Positions 39,481-54,332 are shown, numbered from the stretch's first letter. The stretch: 64,000 bases of DNA from Geosiphon pyriformis uo1 (GCA_016748015.1 JAAOMT010000525.1:62001-126000), one strand, 5' to 3'. Made by a program: numbers and translations. The notes: a model not told the origin generated them from the letters alone.

Positions 39481-40340
39481 TATTACTCATAGAAATATAG
39501 GAAATATATTAGCATAATTATTAGCCAATCAGAAATAAGCATAGTAAATGTGGAATTCCAGGATTCCTCTTAAGAATTGCAGAATTCCAGGAATTTCAGG
39601 ATTCTCCAATGAGGAATTGCAGAATTCCAGAATTCCAAGATTCCTCTTAAAGAAATCGCAGGATTCCAGGAATTCCAGGATTCCTGTCATGAAGAATCAA
39701 GGAATTGAAGAATCTTAATTATGTATATATAGCAGTAGTATTAGAAACAGAAAAGACAGAATTGATACTACAGAATCCTTAGCAAGAAACAAAATCATCA
39801 AATAAATAATTATTCCATATCTCAATCTACTCTCCACTATCAACACTTTATGTTGATAGTTATTGATACTTAACCACACTGGAACAATAGCTCTTGATCA
39901 CAACTATTGATGGAATACTAATCTGCCAAACCGTCTGGGCTTATTTCTTTTCTTTCTTTATTTTTTTTATTTTTTTTTTATTTTATTTTCTTTTGTTGTT
40001 TACTAATTGAGTAAAAGGATTAAGCATTGAGTTATTGACATCAAGGATAGTCTGGTAAAAAACCCAAAAATAAGGGTAGGATTTTATATATTATCAGATA
40101 GCTTACCAGAAGGGCACAACTGCCAGACTAAATCCAACCACCACGCTGAGAAAAAAATTGGAAAAACTCTTGGAAAGATACATCTATTATTGACACTATT
40201 GAATTTCTGTCCATTATACAAAAGACTCCATCAAAACCTTCAGATACCACACCTTCAGAACATTATCAATGGAAGTAGCTTTTGAGCACCAAGTTATGGG
40301 TTGTTATTTATTTCAACAGCAGAAATAATCTCCTGTAACA
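39481..40340 (+). repeat. 3' LTR of element A
   Basis: TATTAC (decayed TGTTAC)…GTAACA, after the PPT aaaagaaaggaa. Confidence 0.95.
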
Positions 40341-42125
40341 CTGCTGAAGAAAAAGGTGAAAAAGGCACTACCACACTATTCACAGCTATATCCAAATTCA
40401 AAGCTGAGTCCATAAGAGAAGCAATAATAGAAAAGAGAATACAAGATAAAGATAACATTGGCACCAATTCCACAAAGCTTAATTTTCTCAAAATTTTAGA
40501 GACTTGATTCAATAAAAGCTCCATGGAGCACTCCAAAGAAGCCACATGGTCAGTCAAACCAAAATTATCAAGAAGATTGGAAACCACCACCAAAGGTTTC
40601 ACACTTAAAGTTGAACCAGCACCAAAAGAAACTAACAAGGCCACACAAAAAGATGAGCTACCAGCAATTTAAGCCCAAGTTTTTCCACCAAAAAATACTG
40701 GATAGGCAATTGGAGCTTACTTTTTCTTATAAATATTAGCTAGATAGACCTGATTTTGGGAAAAAACTACCCACTTATAATGAACCCCAGAATTCCCACC
40801 AACTAAACACATATCAGAAATATAACCAAAATTTTTACACTTGGTGCAACAAGCCAAAGAAAAACCAGTCTAGCACAAATTCACACCCTTATAAACTAAA
40901 ACAGAACCAATAGCAGCCAATTTGGATGTCTTATTATCAAAACATACAACCACACATCTATTACAAGCATATAAACCAGGATTATGACCAATAAAGCAAA
41001 TTTTCTCACCATAAGAATTCACTAAACTTGACAAATCATGAGCAATAGTGCCAACAGAAAGTGTATACAACAAAACTTGATGTTGATTTCTGGAAACTCA
41101 TGTTTATTTATTATTAACAGCTTTTGTCACATAAACAAAATCTTTTTTCATAAGACAAATCATCTAGCTACAACCAAATCAGCTATTTCAGATGACTTAA
41201 ACTCCACTAAGGCTTTTTGTTACAAACCTATCAGCTGCACCTTGATAGATACAATCTTGCCAAACTTAGAAAAAACAGATTCTATAGCCAATTTGAGAAG
41301 ATTGACTGGGATCTTCTTAATGATCACCTCCTAATTTGAATGGCTGTTTATCTTTCTTAAATCATCATTAACAATAATTTTTTTACAGATTGCTAATTCT
41401 TTTGCCTTATTCATACTAAACTCAGAAATGAATAAAGCTTTGATAATCTTTGGGAATTTTAAGAGAGTCGACACTTCCCCAAAACCATCAATTCTATAAA
41501 AAATTTTTTTGATTAAAATTAATTTATTGCCATTAGTTTTTTCAGGCACAGCAGCCAACTCCATGTCCAAAGCAAATAATTTAACTGGCTCAAAGCTATG
41601 TCTATCTGGAACATATAATTTGGCTAATGGCAGCTGATTGGATCCAACAAATTTAAACTTAGAAAGCACTAACTCAGTATTATTATCACTCAAGTTTTTA
41701 AAAGAAGGTGTTTTCAGTAGTGGTTCCAAAACATAGATTCTTGTTTGCATTTTCCTAGGAGTCATATCGTCTACCATGTCATCAGTTTTAGAAGTGTTGG
41801 AATCTATATAACTAGTCTTTTCGGCCACTATGTTGTCCATGTTTTCAATGTCCAATACCCCACTAATGCTGACATTTTCACTTTTAACTTCACTACCCCA
41901 AGACATCTTGCATTCACTACAGTCAGTCTGTAAAACATGTTCAAGAAGAGGTCCAGTTAATGAGTTCACTACAACTCCAGTAACACCAGATTTTTTCGAT
42001 TTTTTGTATGAAAGATCACAAGCATAGACACTCTCAACTTGTACTTTCTTTTTAGTTCCAGACCAGGATCTCAATTTAGTCAAACCAGTACTAGAACTAT
42101 CAGCAAAAAAGCCTGCTGGTTTCAT
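40341..42125 (-). pseudogene. LINE ORF1 (N-terminal ~600 codons; C-terminus at 8893-9069)
   Basis: ORF pieces 41331-42125, 40870-41073 and 40341-40644, with a CCHC-like remnant near 40810-40850; directly upstream of ORF2 when element A is excised. Confidence 0.8.
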
Positions 42126-43273
42126 TACAACAAAATTAGGTATGTCGGAAGAAATAACTAAAAATAACTAGGAGGAAGAAGAAAGGAAAAAGCTAAATCT
42201 TTGGCAATATAAAGCTCTTGTTGTGGTCAGAGAATTAACAAGAAAAAAAATTTTGATTTAAATTTTTTATATATATATCTAATACTATTATAAAAATAAT
42301 TGTTATTAAAAAATGTTTTAATAAATAGATTGCTGTGTTTAAAATTGGATTTGTAAATTTATTAATTTTTTATTTATTATATAATATTATTAATATTATA
42401 TTTATATTTATATAATTAAGAATTTTGTTTTTAAAAATTGGTTTTTTAAATTACTTTTAATATTTATAAATATTACTAAAATTGGTTTATGTATAATAAA
42501 CTTTTTTTATAATTTTATAGTATATTATAAATTAAATATTTGGTTGCTAATATTAAGTTTAAAATTAATTATAAAAAAAATATTTAATTATTAATAATAA
42601 ATTAATTTTAATTAATGTTAATAATTTTATTGTATTTAACTTTAAAATTTGAATTATAATAAAGTTTTATTAAAAAATATTATATAAGTTTTGGTTTTAA
42701 TATTAATTTATAACTGTTTTTTAAAAAAATTTGTAAATTTAATAATATTAATAATATTATAATTACATAATATAATCTTAATTAACTTAAATAATTAATA
42801 TTATAAATAGTTTATTTAGATAAATTAATATATATTGTTGCTCATAGAAAATACAAAAAAAAAANNNNNNNNNNNNNNNNNNNNTAAATTACTTTTAATA
42901 TTTATAAATATTACTAAAATTGGTTTATGTATAATAAACTTTTTTTATAATTTTATAGTATATTATAAATTAAATATTTGGTTGCTAATATTAAGTTTAA
43001 AATTAATTATAAAAAAAATATTTAATTATTAATAATAAATTAATTTTAATTAATGTTAATAATTTTATTGTATTTAACTTTAAAATTTGAATTATAATAA
43101 AGTTTTATTAAAAAATATTATATAAGTTTTGGTTTTAATATTAATTTATAACTGTTTTTTAAAAAAATTTGTAAATTTAATAATATTAATAATATTATAA
43201 TTACATAATATAATCTTAATTAACTTAAATAATTAATATTATAAATAGTTTATTTAGATAAATTAATATATAT

Positions 43274-44173
43274 TGTTGCTCATAGAAAATACAAAAAAAA
43301 AAGTTGAAAAAACAGATAGAAAAATAGACTAATAAAAGAATAATAATTAATATATAAACACAATATCAGAAAACTATAATATATTGCTTAACAATGTGTA
43401 TATTGCTAACGAATTATGATATATTGTTTAGCAATATCAGTAAATTAAGGCACATTGTTTAAGAAAATGTAAGATCTCATAAAACAAAAAATATATATAT
43501 ATAATGAGAGTATTAGAAGCAAAAAAAACAGAATTTAATTCAGAATCAATACTCACAGTCTCTTAATTATCTTATATTTTTCTTTTTAAAAGATAGTTTT
43601 CTATAACTTAAAGTAAAATCAAATCACATATCAATAAAATATTAATTACCATTTGAATTCATATTATTGTTATTAATTAAGAAATATTAATTATTTCTAT
43701 TCTATCAATATTTTATGTTAATAGAATCCAATACTTAACCATATTGGAACAATAATTCTTGATTATAGTTATTAACAAAATACTAATTTCTTTTATTTTT
43801 TTGTTTTTTTGTTTTGTTTCTTTGCTATTTACTAAATTGATTAAAAAAATTAAGCATGAAGTAATTTGACATTAAGAATAGTCTGGTAAAGATTCAAAAA
43901 TAAGGATATAGAATTTGAAAATTAAAGATAGCTTATTAAAAGAGCATAACTGTCAGAATAAACTAGCCACCATATTAAAGAAAAAAATTGATGAAATTAC
44001 CATTTCGGAAGACTACTCAAACAATCATTGAATCTCTATTCATTATATAAAGAACTTTACCAAAATTTTCAAATTATGAAAATCTTCAGATACTATCAAT
44101 ATCACTCAACTATTGAATACTAAGTTACAGATTTGTTATTTGTACCAATACTCCTAAATAATTACCTATAACA
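43274..44173 (+). repeat. Old solo LTR related to family A
   Basis: TGTTGCTCATAGAAA…ATAACA, flanked by atat/atat; keeps decayed A motifs (ggaacaata.ttcttgatta, tagtctggtaaa, gatagctta, tgtcaga). Confidence 0.8.
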
Positions 44174-47150
44174 ATATTTAATGTTTATTTATATATTAAT
44201 TAATTTTAAAAAATTTGATAAAATTTTAAAAATTTTTTTAAAGTAATTTACTAGTAAAAAGTTTTTTTATAAAAAACAAAAATATTAAACTTTTTAAATA
44301 TTTGTATTAATAGTAATATTATTATTTGTTATTTTTTTATTGTATTATTTAAATTATTTTTAATTGTATTTAATTTAAATTGTGCTATTTAATTGTATTT
44401 AATAAAGTTTAATATTGTTTTTGTCTTTTTAATAAATTAATAATCTTTAATAAAATTAAATTTAAGATATACTTTTTTTTTATCAAACTATTATAATATT
44501 AAATTATTTATTATAACAGTTAAATACTCAAATTTTTATATATATTACCTCTAATTGTTTTTAGATTAATTACAAAGTTTTTAAAAAAATAGTATTTTAT
44601 TAATTATTATAATTAAAACCAATTGGTTTAAATTATTAAGATTTTAAAAAACATTATGTTAATTATAATTGGCTTTAGATAAAAAAAGTTAATAATAAAA
44701 ATAAGTAATTGGGTTTCTATATTTATAAATTTTAATAATATTTTTATTAAATTAAAAAAATACTTTTTTTTTCTTTTAATTTTATGATTATGACTAGAAT
44801 AAAAAGTAAAAAAGTTTTAAAAATTATTTTTTTTATAGTAATTAATAAAGTTTTAAAAAAAAGTCTTTTTGTTATAAAAATAGTTAAATAAAACGGTTTA
44901 ATAATATTTTTTTAAATATTAATAATGAAAAACTGCTTTTGGTAACTTTTAAACCATTTTTTTATTTTTGGTTAATAGTTTTTTTCAATTAATATTCTTT
45001 TTAAAAAATACATTAAGATCAATTTTAATGTTATTTTTATTTTTTTTAAAAGTTTTAAAGTTTTTAATAATAAGTCAATTAATAAACTAGTTTTTTTATT
45101 CTTAATATTATAATTATTATTATCTTTTTATAAATAACTAAAAGCCAAAAATTCTAAAAAACAACAATAGTTATTTGTATTTACTATTATTATATCAACT
45201 TTTTTTGTAGTTCTAAATAAAATTTTTATAATAGTATTTAATTCTTTTTTTAATATAAGTAATAACAATAATAGAGTGTTTTTTAAGATAAGCCAAAATT
45301 AATTACTAATTATATTGCTAGTATATAATATATTTTAACAAATTATTACTAGTTTTAAAAACAAAGCATGACATATTTTTGAATATATTTTTAATTAATC
45401 AACTAATTAGTTATTTGATTTTAAAAATTAAGCTGATTAAATAAAAACCAAATCAATTTTTTTTCTTTGTTTTTTGATACTGTTTTTAATAATATTTAAA
45501 AAACAATTTCTAATTATTAAAAATTTTCTGAAAAATAACTTTTATTTTAATATTTAATATTATTTTCAAGATTAAATTAATTTTTGTTTAATTTGCTACT
45601 TGGCTTTATTGAATTTAAATTAATTTTAAAAATATTAAGTTGTTTTATGTAAATTTTGCTTTTAAAACTTTTATGATTATTACTATTAAAATTTCTATTG
45701 GTAATTTTTTCTTTTTAATTACACATAAGATTACAAAGTTTTTTGTGATAATTTCTGTTTTTTCTTTTTTATTTTCTATTGTATTTTATAATATTTTTTT
45801 TAATATATTTTCTAATAATATTAAAAATATTTTTAGTGTTTTTAGTATTGTTATTTTAATTAAATTAAGATCTATTAACTTATAGTAATATGTTATTTTA
45901 ATTTTAAAAATTTTTTTTGTTGTTATTATTTTTACTTATTAATTTTTGCTAATAAAAAAAAATTATTATCTTAAAAAATACTTTTAAAACCAAATTAATT
46001 AATCTGTTTTTTAGTTATATTGTTTTTAAAATTAGTAATTTAATTTTTTAAGTTAATAGCTATATGTGTTTTATTTTCTATTTTTCTAATTTTTATTGTT
46101 ATTAATATTTTGTTATTATAAATATTAAGTCTTTAAAAACTTTGAATTCAACTATTTTAAAAACTAATATTTTATATAAATATTATATCTAATAAAAAAC
46201 TTTTAAGTATTAATGTTATTACAAGTATTAAAGTTTAAATTATTTATCTTTAAATTATAAAATATTCTTATTTTTTTTCTTAAATTTTTTCTTAAGTTTA
46301 TTAGCGGCTTTAAAATTTTTAATTTATTTTTTGTTAATATAAAGTTATATGTTAATACTTTTGCTTTTTTAGTTTCTTTTGTTGTTATGTTTTTGGCTAT
46401 TTTTGCTGTTAATTTTGTAATTAATTCTAGATTAAATTTTTTAAAATCCAAGATTTTTGAATTATATGCTTTGATTAAATCTGTTATTAAACAAATTAGT
46501 TCTTTAATTATTTTGGTTTTTTTTTTTAGATCAAAATTTGTGCAAGAATTTTAAGATAAAAAAAAGATATAATTATTATAATAAAAATTACCAAATATTT
46601 TATTAATCTTATGACTAAAATAAAATTTAATATTATAAATAAAAATAATTTAAGTACTACTAAAACTTTTTTTTAAATAATAAAACTGTTGACTATTTAG
46701 TGGTTTTATAATAAATAAATAATTTTAATATTAAGTATAGTATTAAAAAAATCAGATAGTTTTTAAGTAAATTTATTTTCAATAGTTAAAATTTGGATAG
46801 TTTTATTATTAAACTTTGTAAATTGGATTTTTTTTCAGTTTTTTTTAATTTAGCTTTGTTTGTGTTTTAATTGATTTAAGTAGTTAGTTATATATAAAAA
46901 GTATATAAATTATATTTAATTTAAGTCATTTATTATAAGTATATTATATTAGATAATAATAAAGTTACATATTGTTAAAACCTAATAAAAAAATTAAAAA
47001 TATAAAAATATAATTAAATCTTAAATATTGACTTAAAAGATTAAATTTACAATAAAAAATACTTTTATTAAACTAAAATTATTTATATAAATACATATTT
47101 TTTGTTTTATAAATAATTTTTAAAAGCTTAATATCTACTATTATTATTAT
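44174..47150. repeat. Hyper-AT-rich TE relics
   Basis: Very low GC, with residual codon-like stretches (e.g. 46440-46510); family not assignable. Confidence 0.4.
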
Positions 47151-48261
47151 GTTAAATTGATCAGAGCCAGTCATATTTCGGATTCCAACAAATCAAAAAA
47201 CAAATTCGAGACTAAAAACAATCTTTTGGCAAAACCAAAATTCAAACTAACACTTTTGGCCAAACTGATTTTATTAATTAAAGTATTATTAAACAGAAAA
47301 AGTAATTCTTTATTCTTATTTTATATTATTTAATGTTATTATTAAATATTTTGACATTATTGCTAATAATTATTAATTATTTTATATTATTTATATTATT
47401 TTGCATTATTATGTTTTAATTACATTTTTTTGTGATTGGTTGGTTTTTTACTCAAATAATACTGATTATATATATAAAAAAGCATAAGCTATACTTATTT
47501 TAGATTTTTTTTGATTATATTGTAATAAATAGTGATTGAACTGCACTTATTAAATAAAATAAAAAAGAATTAATAATAATAATATGGTTTAAAATATTTT
47601 ATTGAAAATTTTATTTTTTATAAAAAAAATATGAACAAGTATAAATTTTTATTATATTGATTAACAATATTTAAAATATTTAATCATTAAAATAATAAGT
47701 TAATAATGTTTATATTATTATTATTATTATTATTTTAATATTTTATAATTTTTATAATTTACTAATTAATTTTTAATTCTTTATTTTAACAAATAAATAT
47801 TATATAGGTAATCAACTACATATAAAAAATGTGTAAAACCACAGTTATTAAGCAAATGATAAACAAAATATATTTAATAAATTATTTTGAAGTTTTATAA
47901 AATTGAACTGAATTTATTTTTAATCATTATTTTAAAATAATACCAAAACGTTTTCGTTATAGTTAATTACAAATTTACATATATTATAATAAAATACTAC
48001 AATAATAATATAATATTAAAAAATCTCTTAAATATAAATTACATCATTTTGATTTTTTTCATACAAAAATATCTTTGAAAAACCACACATGTGAAAGCTT
48101 TTGTTTAATTCTGCAGAGAAAAAGCTGATCATTACACAGAAATCATCGAAACTAAAAAGGATTGATATTCAAATTTGTCTACCAAATTCTCAACCTTGAG
48201 AAATTGTTAGATATAATCTCAAAGAATTATCTTTCACCCAATCCTCCCTATTACACTCCGA

Positions 48262-48870
48262 ATGCCTTCAACTACAAACACATCCTACACCTGGACTCCG
48301 AGCTTACCAAATATTAATCTCAAAAGGTTGATACCATATGTTTCTGAGAAACCACCCCCAACCCCTTCCAAATCCACTACCATCTCATTAGGCATCTTTT
48401 GGCCGATTTTTTGGATGCTTTTGGGTGGTAGCGCGGTGACAGCAATTTATATGTGGATTTTTCGGCCTCAGTTCTTGATTTCTTCGATACCATATTGGAA
48501 CCAATCAAATAGGCTTTTTGGTGTAGCAGATCAAGATATAGAACGTGGTGTTGGAGTAAAAGAGAGTACATTCCCTTCCAAAGAAAAAAATAACGAATCG
48601 ATCCTTGGCAGGAAAGATCCAGAGACTAATAGTGTCAAATCTTTGTGGTTTCCATGGTTTCATCCACAGAAGCATTATTATAGTACAATTCACGTTTATA
48701 ACAAATGTGAAAGCTGTGGTGGTGACGTGATTAAAGCTGAGATTAAGGATCTCGTGATGAAAGACAAGGAGCAACGAAGAGAAAAAGGCGAAGACGAGGA
48801 AGATGACGGAGTGGTGTTTGTTGAAGGAAGTAGATCATTTAATCTGGAGACACGTACAAATGATGAATAA
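48262..48870 (+). CDS. Hypothetical single-pass membrane protein, 202 aa
   Basis: Intact ORF with normal GC and CpG; hydrophobic segment LGIFWPIFWMLLGGSAVTAIYMWIF; acidic C-terminus. Confidence 0.7.
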   Translation: MPSTTNTSYTWTPSLPNINLKRLIPYVSEKPPPTPSKSTTISLGIFWPIFWMLLGGSAVTAIYMWIFRPQFLISSIPYWNQSNRLFGVADQDIERGVGVKESTFPSKEKNNESILGRKDPETNSVKSLWFPWFHPQKHYYSTIHVYNKCESCGGDVIKAEIKDLVMKDKEQRREKGEDEEDDGVVFVEGSRSFNLETRTNDE

Positions 48871-49094
48871 CCACAGAATATGAACATTTATGTAGTAATA
48901 TGGTTTTGGAAATTAAATATATTTACACTTTGTTTAAATATAGCTTAGTTTCATTTATTTACTGTTTAACAAATATTTACTTCTATCAATAAATAAAACA
49001 ACCCCTGTACTCCTTCATATGGCACTAATCCCAAGATCTCTAAGTTAATCATATTTCGACTCCTTGTGTTTGATGAAAGCTCTTTCTAGTATCT

Positions 49095-50423
49095 TCATTC
49101 GCTATTACCTGTAAAAGGTGGTGGTTTTTCGCGCTGAGAGTATAATTCATCTGCCCATTCGCACACCAATGGATGCCGAAACTTCCCACGAGTTGAATCG
49201 AAGAATTCTGTCAGATTTTTCTTGTCGGCTGGTTTTAAGAATGAATAAATGTATAGCATTAAAATTATATGTGTATGGGATTATTGTGGTATTCACAGTT
49301 AGAAGAAAGAACAGAAATAAAACTTCCTCACATTGCTCATACTCAAACGCCTGTAAGATCATTTCGAATTTATCCAAATCCTTAACGAATAGAGCTTCCG
49401 GTGTTTTAGCATTTTCATACTCCTCCCATAAGGAATAGATCTCGATCGATTGTTGAGTGTCACCCAATAGATCTGTACACAGGTGATGCATTGCTTCCTA
49501 TAATTCGGAGTGACGAGAATTAAAAATTAGAGTTGGGAATTAAAATTCATATCGAATTCTCAGAAGACAAATTTCAAATTTTGGAAAAAACGCGTTAAAT
49601 ACCTGTTCGCGCCGATGTTTCTCTTCCTTAGTAACACCATCCAAGGGTGTGATATCACCCTAGATCATTCAAGAAATAGTATAATTGATGAATTGAAAAT
49701 AAGGTCTAGGAATTTGAGGTGGAATGGTTCATTTAACTCATACAAAAAATTTAGGTGACTTACAACTATACTTTCCGCCAAGTCATGAACCACTGCCATC
49801 TTTACACATCTTTAAATCAACGGAAAATTTTCAAAGTTTTAATCATATGATTGTTTATTTTGGAATCGATCACAATGGCAATAAGACGCGTCACATTCAA
49901 TTTGATCGTTTCATGCCCAAGTATACTAGTATCCAATCTTCAAGCAAGTTCTCTTCTGGAAAATAAAAGATTCGTCCCAACTTCAAAAGAAATACAAACC
50001 GTTCTCGATTTAAGGACTCGTCATTACACAACAAAGCCAGTATCGACATCCGATGCATATGATCACCGATCGACTCTGGATTTGCGATGTTGTGGTTTAG
50101 CCAGCCCGTACGTTTTGTTCGCTACAGTCATATAAATAATTTTCTTTAGTATTTCGCGTTAGGAATTATTTAATAAAATGAAGATAATTCAGAGTATGCC
50201 CAAGACGTAATTAATCATTTTATTATTCTTCAAGGAAATATTAACATATAATAATCCTATAAAAAACAATTAAGCAGCCTATCACCTTGAGCTGCTCACA
50301 AATGTGTAAAAAAGTTAGAATGTTTCCCACTTTCGTGGTTTTTTTAGTCTTGGTTTCTTCATTACCACCTCTAATAAGGTCACGACCGTTTGTAGAGACG
50401 TTATTTGTAATACTATTTTCCAT
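49095..50423 (-). CDS. HDDC2: HD-domain 5'-deoxynucleotidase (HDDC2/YfbR-like), 6 exons
   Basis: GT-AG exons 50423-50286, 50121-50000, 49809-49764, 49659-49603, 49497-49332 and 49228-49095 give LKRTKRTGW…ESIGDHMHRM…VHDLAESIVGDITP…KDLDKFEMILQAFEYE. Confidence 0.93.
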
Positions 50424-51637
50424 TATCTCTAATTTTTAGGTGGCAAGTAAAGATATTTGGTACAAATTTTTCGCTTTTTTCTTTTGCTACAAGTATAAGG
50501 AATAGGGGCTTGCCCAATTTTAAAATTTTGATCTCTAAACCTTAGAGGTTTCGTGTCGGCTATATATATAAGATCAGAGCCAATCAAAACATGATTGACG
50601 CCATACTGGTAAAAACGGGTACGAAGCTGCGTCATCCTATTATTAAAAAGGTAAAATGAACTGTTAATATAACCAAAGTGAGCACAAAGAATTTTTAGGG
50701 CTCAAAGGTGATTGAAACTTGTTAAAGACCACAATTAGGTGTTCAGCATCATATCAAATAATTAAAGTAGTTTGATTTATTTTTATTAAATATTATTTTC
50801 GCTAAATTGAATATATTGCAAACTCTTTTATGTCATTTTTGAAGTTTATTTTTATTATTAAAGTGTAAAATATTTGAATATAATTATGTTTTGTAATGTT
50901 TTGTGAACTTTTAGATTTTTTGTTATAGCATAATAAATTTTTTATTTGGCTTAATTTTTGCGTTTCAAATTTAATATTAAACAGCTGAATAATTATGTTG
51001 ATATTTAATTTTTATTACAACAAAATTTATTAATAAGTTTATTTACTTTTAATTAAATTTAATATTAATTAATATTTGTATTTTTTTATTATGTAAAATT
51101 AATTAATTAATTAATTTTATAATTTGATTTTTTTATTAGAATATATCATATTTGTTAATTTAAATAATATAATTACAACTTTTTTTGCAAAAATATTATT
51201 TATTTTATATAATAAATCTGCATATTTTATTTTTGTATTATAAATCCATCTATTTAAAAAATTATATTATTTACAAATTAATAAATAATAATAATAATAA
51301 TTTTATTTTTGCGTTTTATAATAAATATTATAATTTTTTATAAAATAATAAAATTTGATGTGAAATAATATCAATTAATTAACAAATTTAAATTTTTACA
51401 AGTTTATATATTATATTAATATTGTTTATTTATTTTTATTCAGAATTATATTTTAATTTATTTTTAAAATTTAATTAACACATAAATTATATGTTTTATT
51501 ATATATTTTAATTAAAAATATTAAAAAATTCCTGTTTTTAATAATTTTATTTTATTGTTTATTATGAAAAAGAATATTTCTTAAAAATAACAATAAGTAT
51601 ATAATAAAAATACATTCTATTAATAAATTATATTAAC

Positions 51638-51669
<32 letters not shown>

Positions 51670-52244
51670 TTTAAATTAATAATCAAATTTATTAACTTAT
51701 TTATTTATTACTGTTATTCAATATTTAGAAAATAAGTTAAATTACTTTTTTTAACTTAAATACCTATTTTTAAAGACTAATTTGCATATTTTTTATAACA
51801 TTTCAAAATTAAATTTTTTGATCGAATGTTATTCCTTTTTCGAATTGAATTTTTTATATTCCTTTAATTATGAGTGTTAAAATATTATATTTTTCTATTT
51901 TAATAAAGCTTTTTCGTTTGCTTAATCTTTTTCCAAAATGTAATTTTGAATGATGATTTTTAAGATATTAAAATAATAATTGAAAGGTATGAATTTCTCT
52001 ATTTTTCTTAAGAAATAAAAATATTTTGTGATTAATATAAATTGTGGAAAACAATGCTCTTCGAGATAGATTTTCTCATTATAGTTAAATTTCATGTTTA
52101 ATTTAGTGACACAACCAATTTTATTTAAAGGCATAAATAAGTACACTTGCAGGTCTCCAGAGAATGGTAATAATGAAACCAGTTCGATAAACTTGTATTC
52201 AATTTCGCCACAGGAAATCACTCCAATCACTAGTTTACGTAAAA

Positions 52245-54332
52245 TCAAACAGAATATAGCGCGTCTAGATATCCAGCTGCTACATCATTTACGATTGATT
52301 TGTCAGGTAGGCTCGCTGCCATCCCATATATAGCTGCAGTTCCAAATTTTTGGTTAGGCGGCGATTGTTTGAGTTCATGAACAACATTCTTGAGATCTAC
52401 AATAAAAATGTCTGCATTTGGTATGGTGAGCATAGTGCAAGCGATGTGAATTGCCGGTGGGTTCTGAAGAGCATTAAGATTCCAGCTCTTTTGAGTCATC
52501 TTGTCATAGATAGCATACATATTCAAAGTGTTCGAACCAAAAGCGACAACTGAAACAAGAGGATCCCCATAAACAAAGAGATCATCGATTTGGCGAATTC
52601 TACCCAATAAAGAAAGTGTTCATTCCTTTTCATATAAACAATTATAAATGCAGCAATTAAACTACTATAAAATACCCTGCTTCTATTTTCCTCCGACATC
52701 CAACAATCTCCTTTGTAGCATCAATATACCCAGACTTGCCCATACTCATCAGTGCTGTCCAGCAGGCAGCAATTAACGCCCCGGGCCTTGTTATTTTGGG
52801 TTCCAAGATGACACAATTTAATAAAGGAACAGTTAAATCTGAATAGTAATAAACTTTAACAAAAAATGAAACCTTGACCCAGCAATAGAAGGAGAGGCGT
52901 AAATTCCACCCGTCCATTCAGGGGCAAAAAAGTATTGATATCTACGATAGCTCTTTGATCGGTACATTATAACTGAGGAGCCTTTTGGTGCAAATCCATA
53001 CTGCCATTGCGAAAGATATTTATATGAATATGTTACTGTTTCAATAACAAAATGAAGAATTACCTTATGAGTATCACACGATATTGATGTGACTCCTTCA
53101 ATACTAAAGTCAAAAGGTAAAGTGGGAAAACCGGCTTCCTCCAAGTAAGGAACCAGAAAACTACCGAGACAACAATCAACATGTAACCCAATATTCCGCT
53201 TCTTGGCAATTGATGCCAATGCAGGTATATCATCAATAATACCGTGGGGAAAGTTAGGCGCTGATCCGGCGATCTTTGTGAATAGGATGACATCTTTATT
53301 ACTTTTATTATTCAGAAAATGATGGAAAATAAAAAAGGCCTACCATGATTGTATTCTTATTTACTGCTCGTCCCACAGCTTTAATATCAACCTGCCCTGA
53401 TTTAGCGTCAATAGGGACATGAATGAGTTTAATTTTAAAATAAGAGGCTGCCTTATCAAAGGCTGCATGAATAGTGTCAGGAACAACCCTAAAAAATAAG
53501 TTCTATATTATTATGGGTTTTATTAAATATTTTAAACGATTTGATATACTTACATCTCTGGATCCGTAATCCCTTTAACTTCTTTCGCCCAATCACGATA
53601 AGTTTTACAGGCCATTAAAATACTTTCGGTACCACCAGATGTGGTTGTTCCACCAGCACCGTCCGGTGCATTGTAAATATCGAGCACCATAGCAACGATC
53701 TCAGCATCCATTTTACGAACACCAGGAAATACATCCGGATGTAAGGGATTACTGTTGGAAAACATGGAATATGCTTCAGATGTAATCCGCGATAAGTCGC
53801 GACCACCGTGATAAACTGCTCCAGATACACGGCCGTCTTCCCAGTTTACATCCCCCATTACACGATATCTATTGTGAAAAGACAAAGATTCTTATATTGT
53901 CAAAATTAGAACAAAATTACATAGGGAACTTCTTTAAAGCGCTCACCGAATTAATTCTTCATGCAGTCTTTTTTCTTCAAAACCATGTTCAGGTAAAACA
54001 CGGTATCGGGGTACACCTGGCTCCTTGGGTGCGACTTTCTCTTCAATTTCTTTGATTGCTTTATCAAGCTCTTTTTTCAACTTACTCTGTGCTCCAGGAG
54101 CAGTACGCAAGAGAACTTTAAAAACAAAACCTCCGATTACGCGATAAACATCCTTTAATGTTCGTTGTATACCTTGTCGTGCAAGTTTTTGAAAAATAAA
54201 GGTAGTGTAATGGTACACTACCAGGAGAAAGATTATGTTTTTAAAATTTTCTAAAAGGGGAGAGTTTAAATAGGTTAAAAAAGTAGAGAAGAGGCTAAAA
54301 GCAGTTGGGTATCTAGTCTCAATTGTCGGCAT
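52245..54332 (-). CDS. DPL1: Sphingosine-1-phosphate lyase (PLP-dependent), multi-exon
   Basis: N-terminal TM segment; [41 protein letters not shown]|[19 protein letters not shown]; GT-AG introns. Confidence 0.95.

Larger units (their letters stand above)
9070..40340 (+). mobile_element. Ty3/Gypsy LTR retrotransposon A (host of B, C and a solo LTR)
   Basis: Paired LTRs 9070-9920 and 39481-40340, PBS, PPT, gag-PR-dUTPase-RT-RH then IN; flanks ccac/ctgc. Confidence 0.95.
4110..42240 (-). mobile_element. Non-LTR retrotransposon (LINE, APE-RT-RNase H), apparently full length, interrupted by Gypsy element A
   Basis: ORF1 (42125-40341) reads on at 9069-8893 once element A is removed (…PFSSA|VGNTALELS…KILTTKVGGL); ORF2 follows; 3'UTR shared with 56480-56597 and 59545-59670; A-rich tail; ends approximate. 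Confidence 0.88.

Noticed and set aside
42447-43302. Exact ~418-bp direct repeat on either side of the N gap (42865-42884)
   Set aside because: Identical copies abutting a scaffold gap in otherwise heavily decayed DNA indicate an unmerged contig overlap, i.e. an assembly artefact
45640-46451. ORFs in AT-rich tracts (also 42835-43032, 51922-52248)
   Set aside because: Low-complexity F/I/K/N translations expected by chance in A/T-rich DNA
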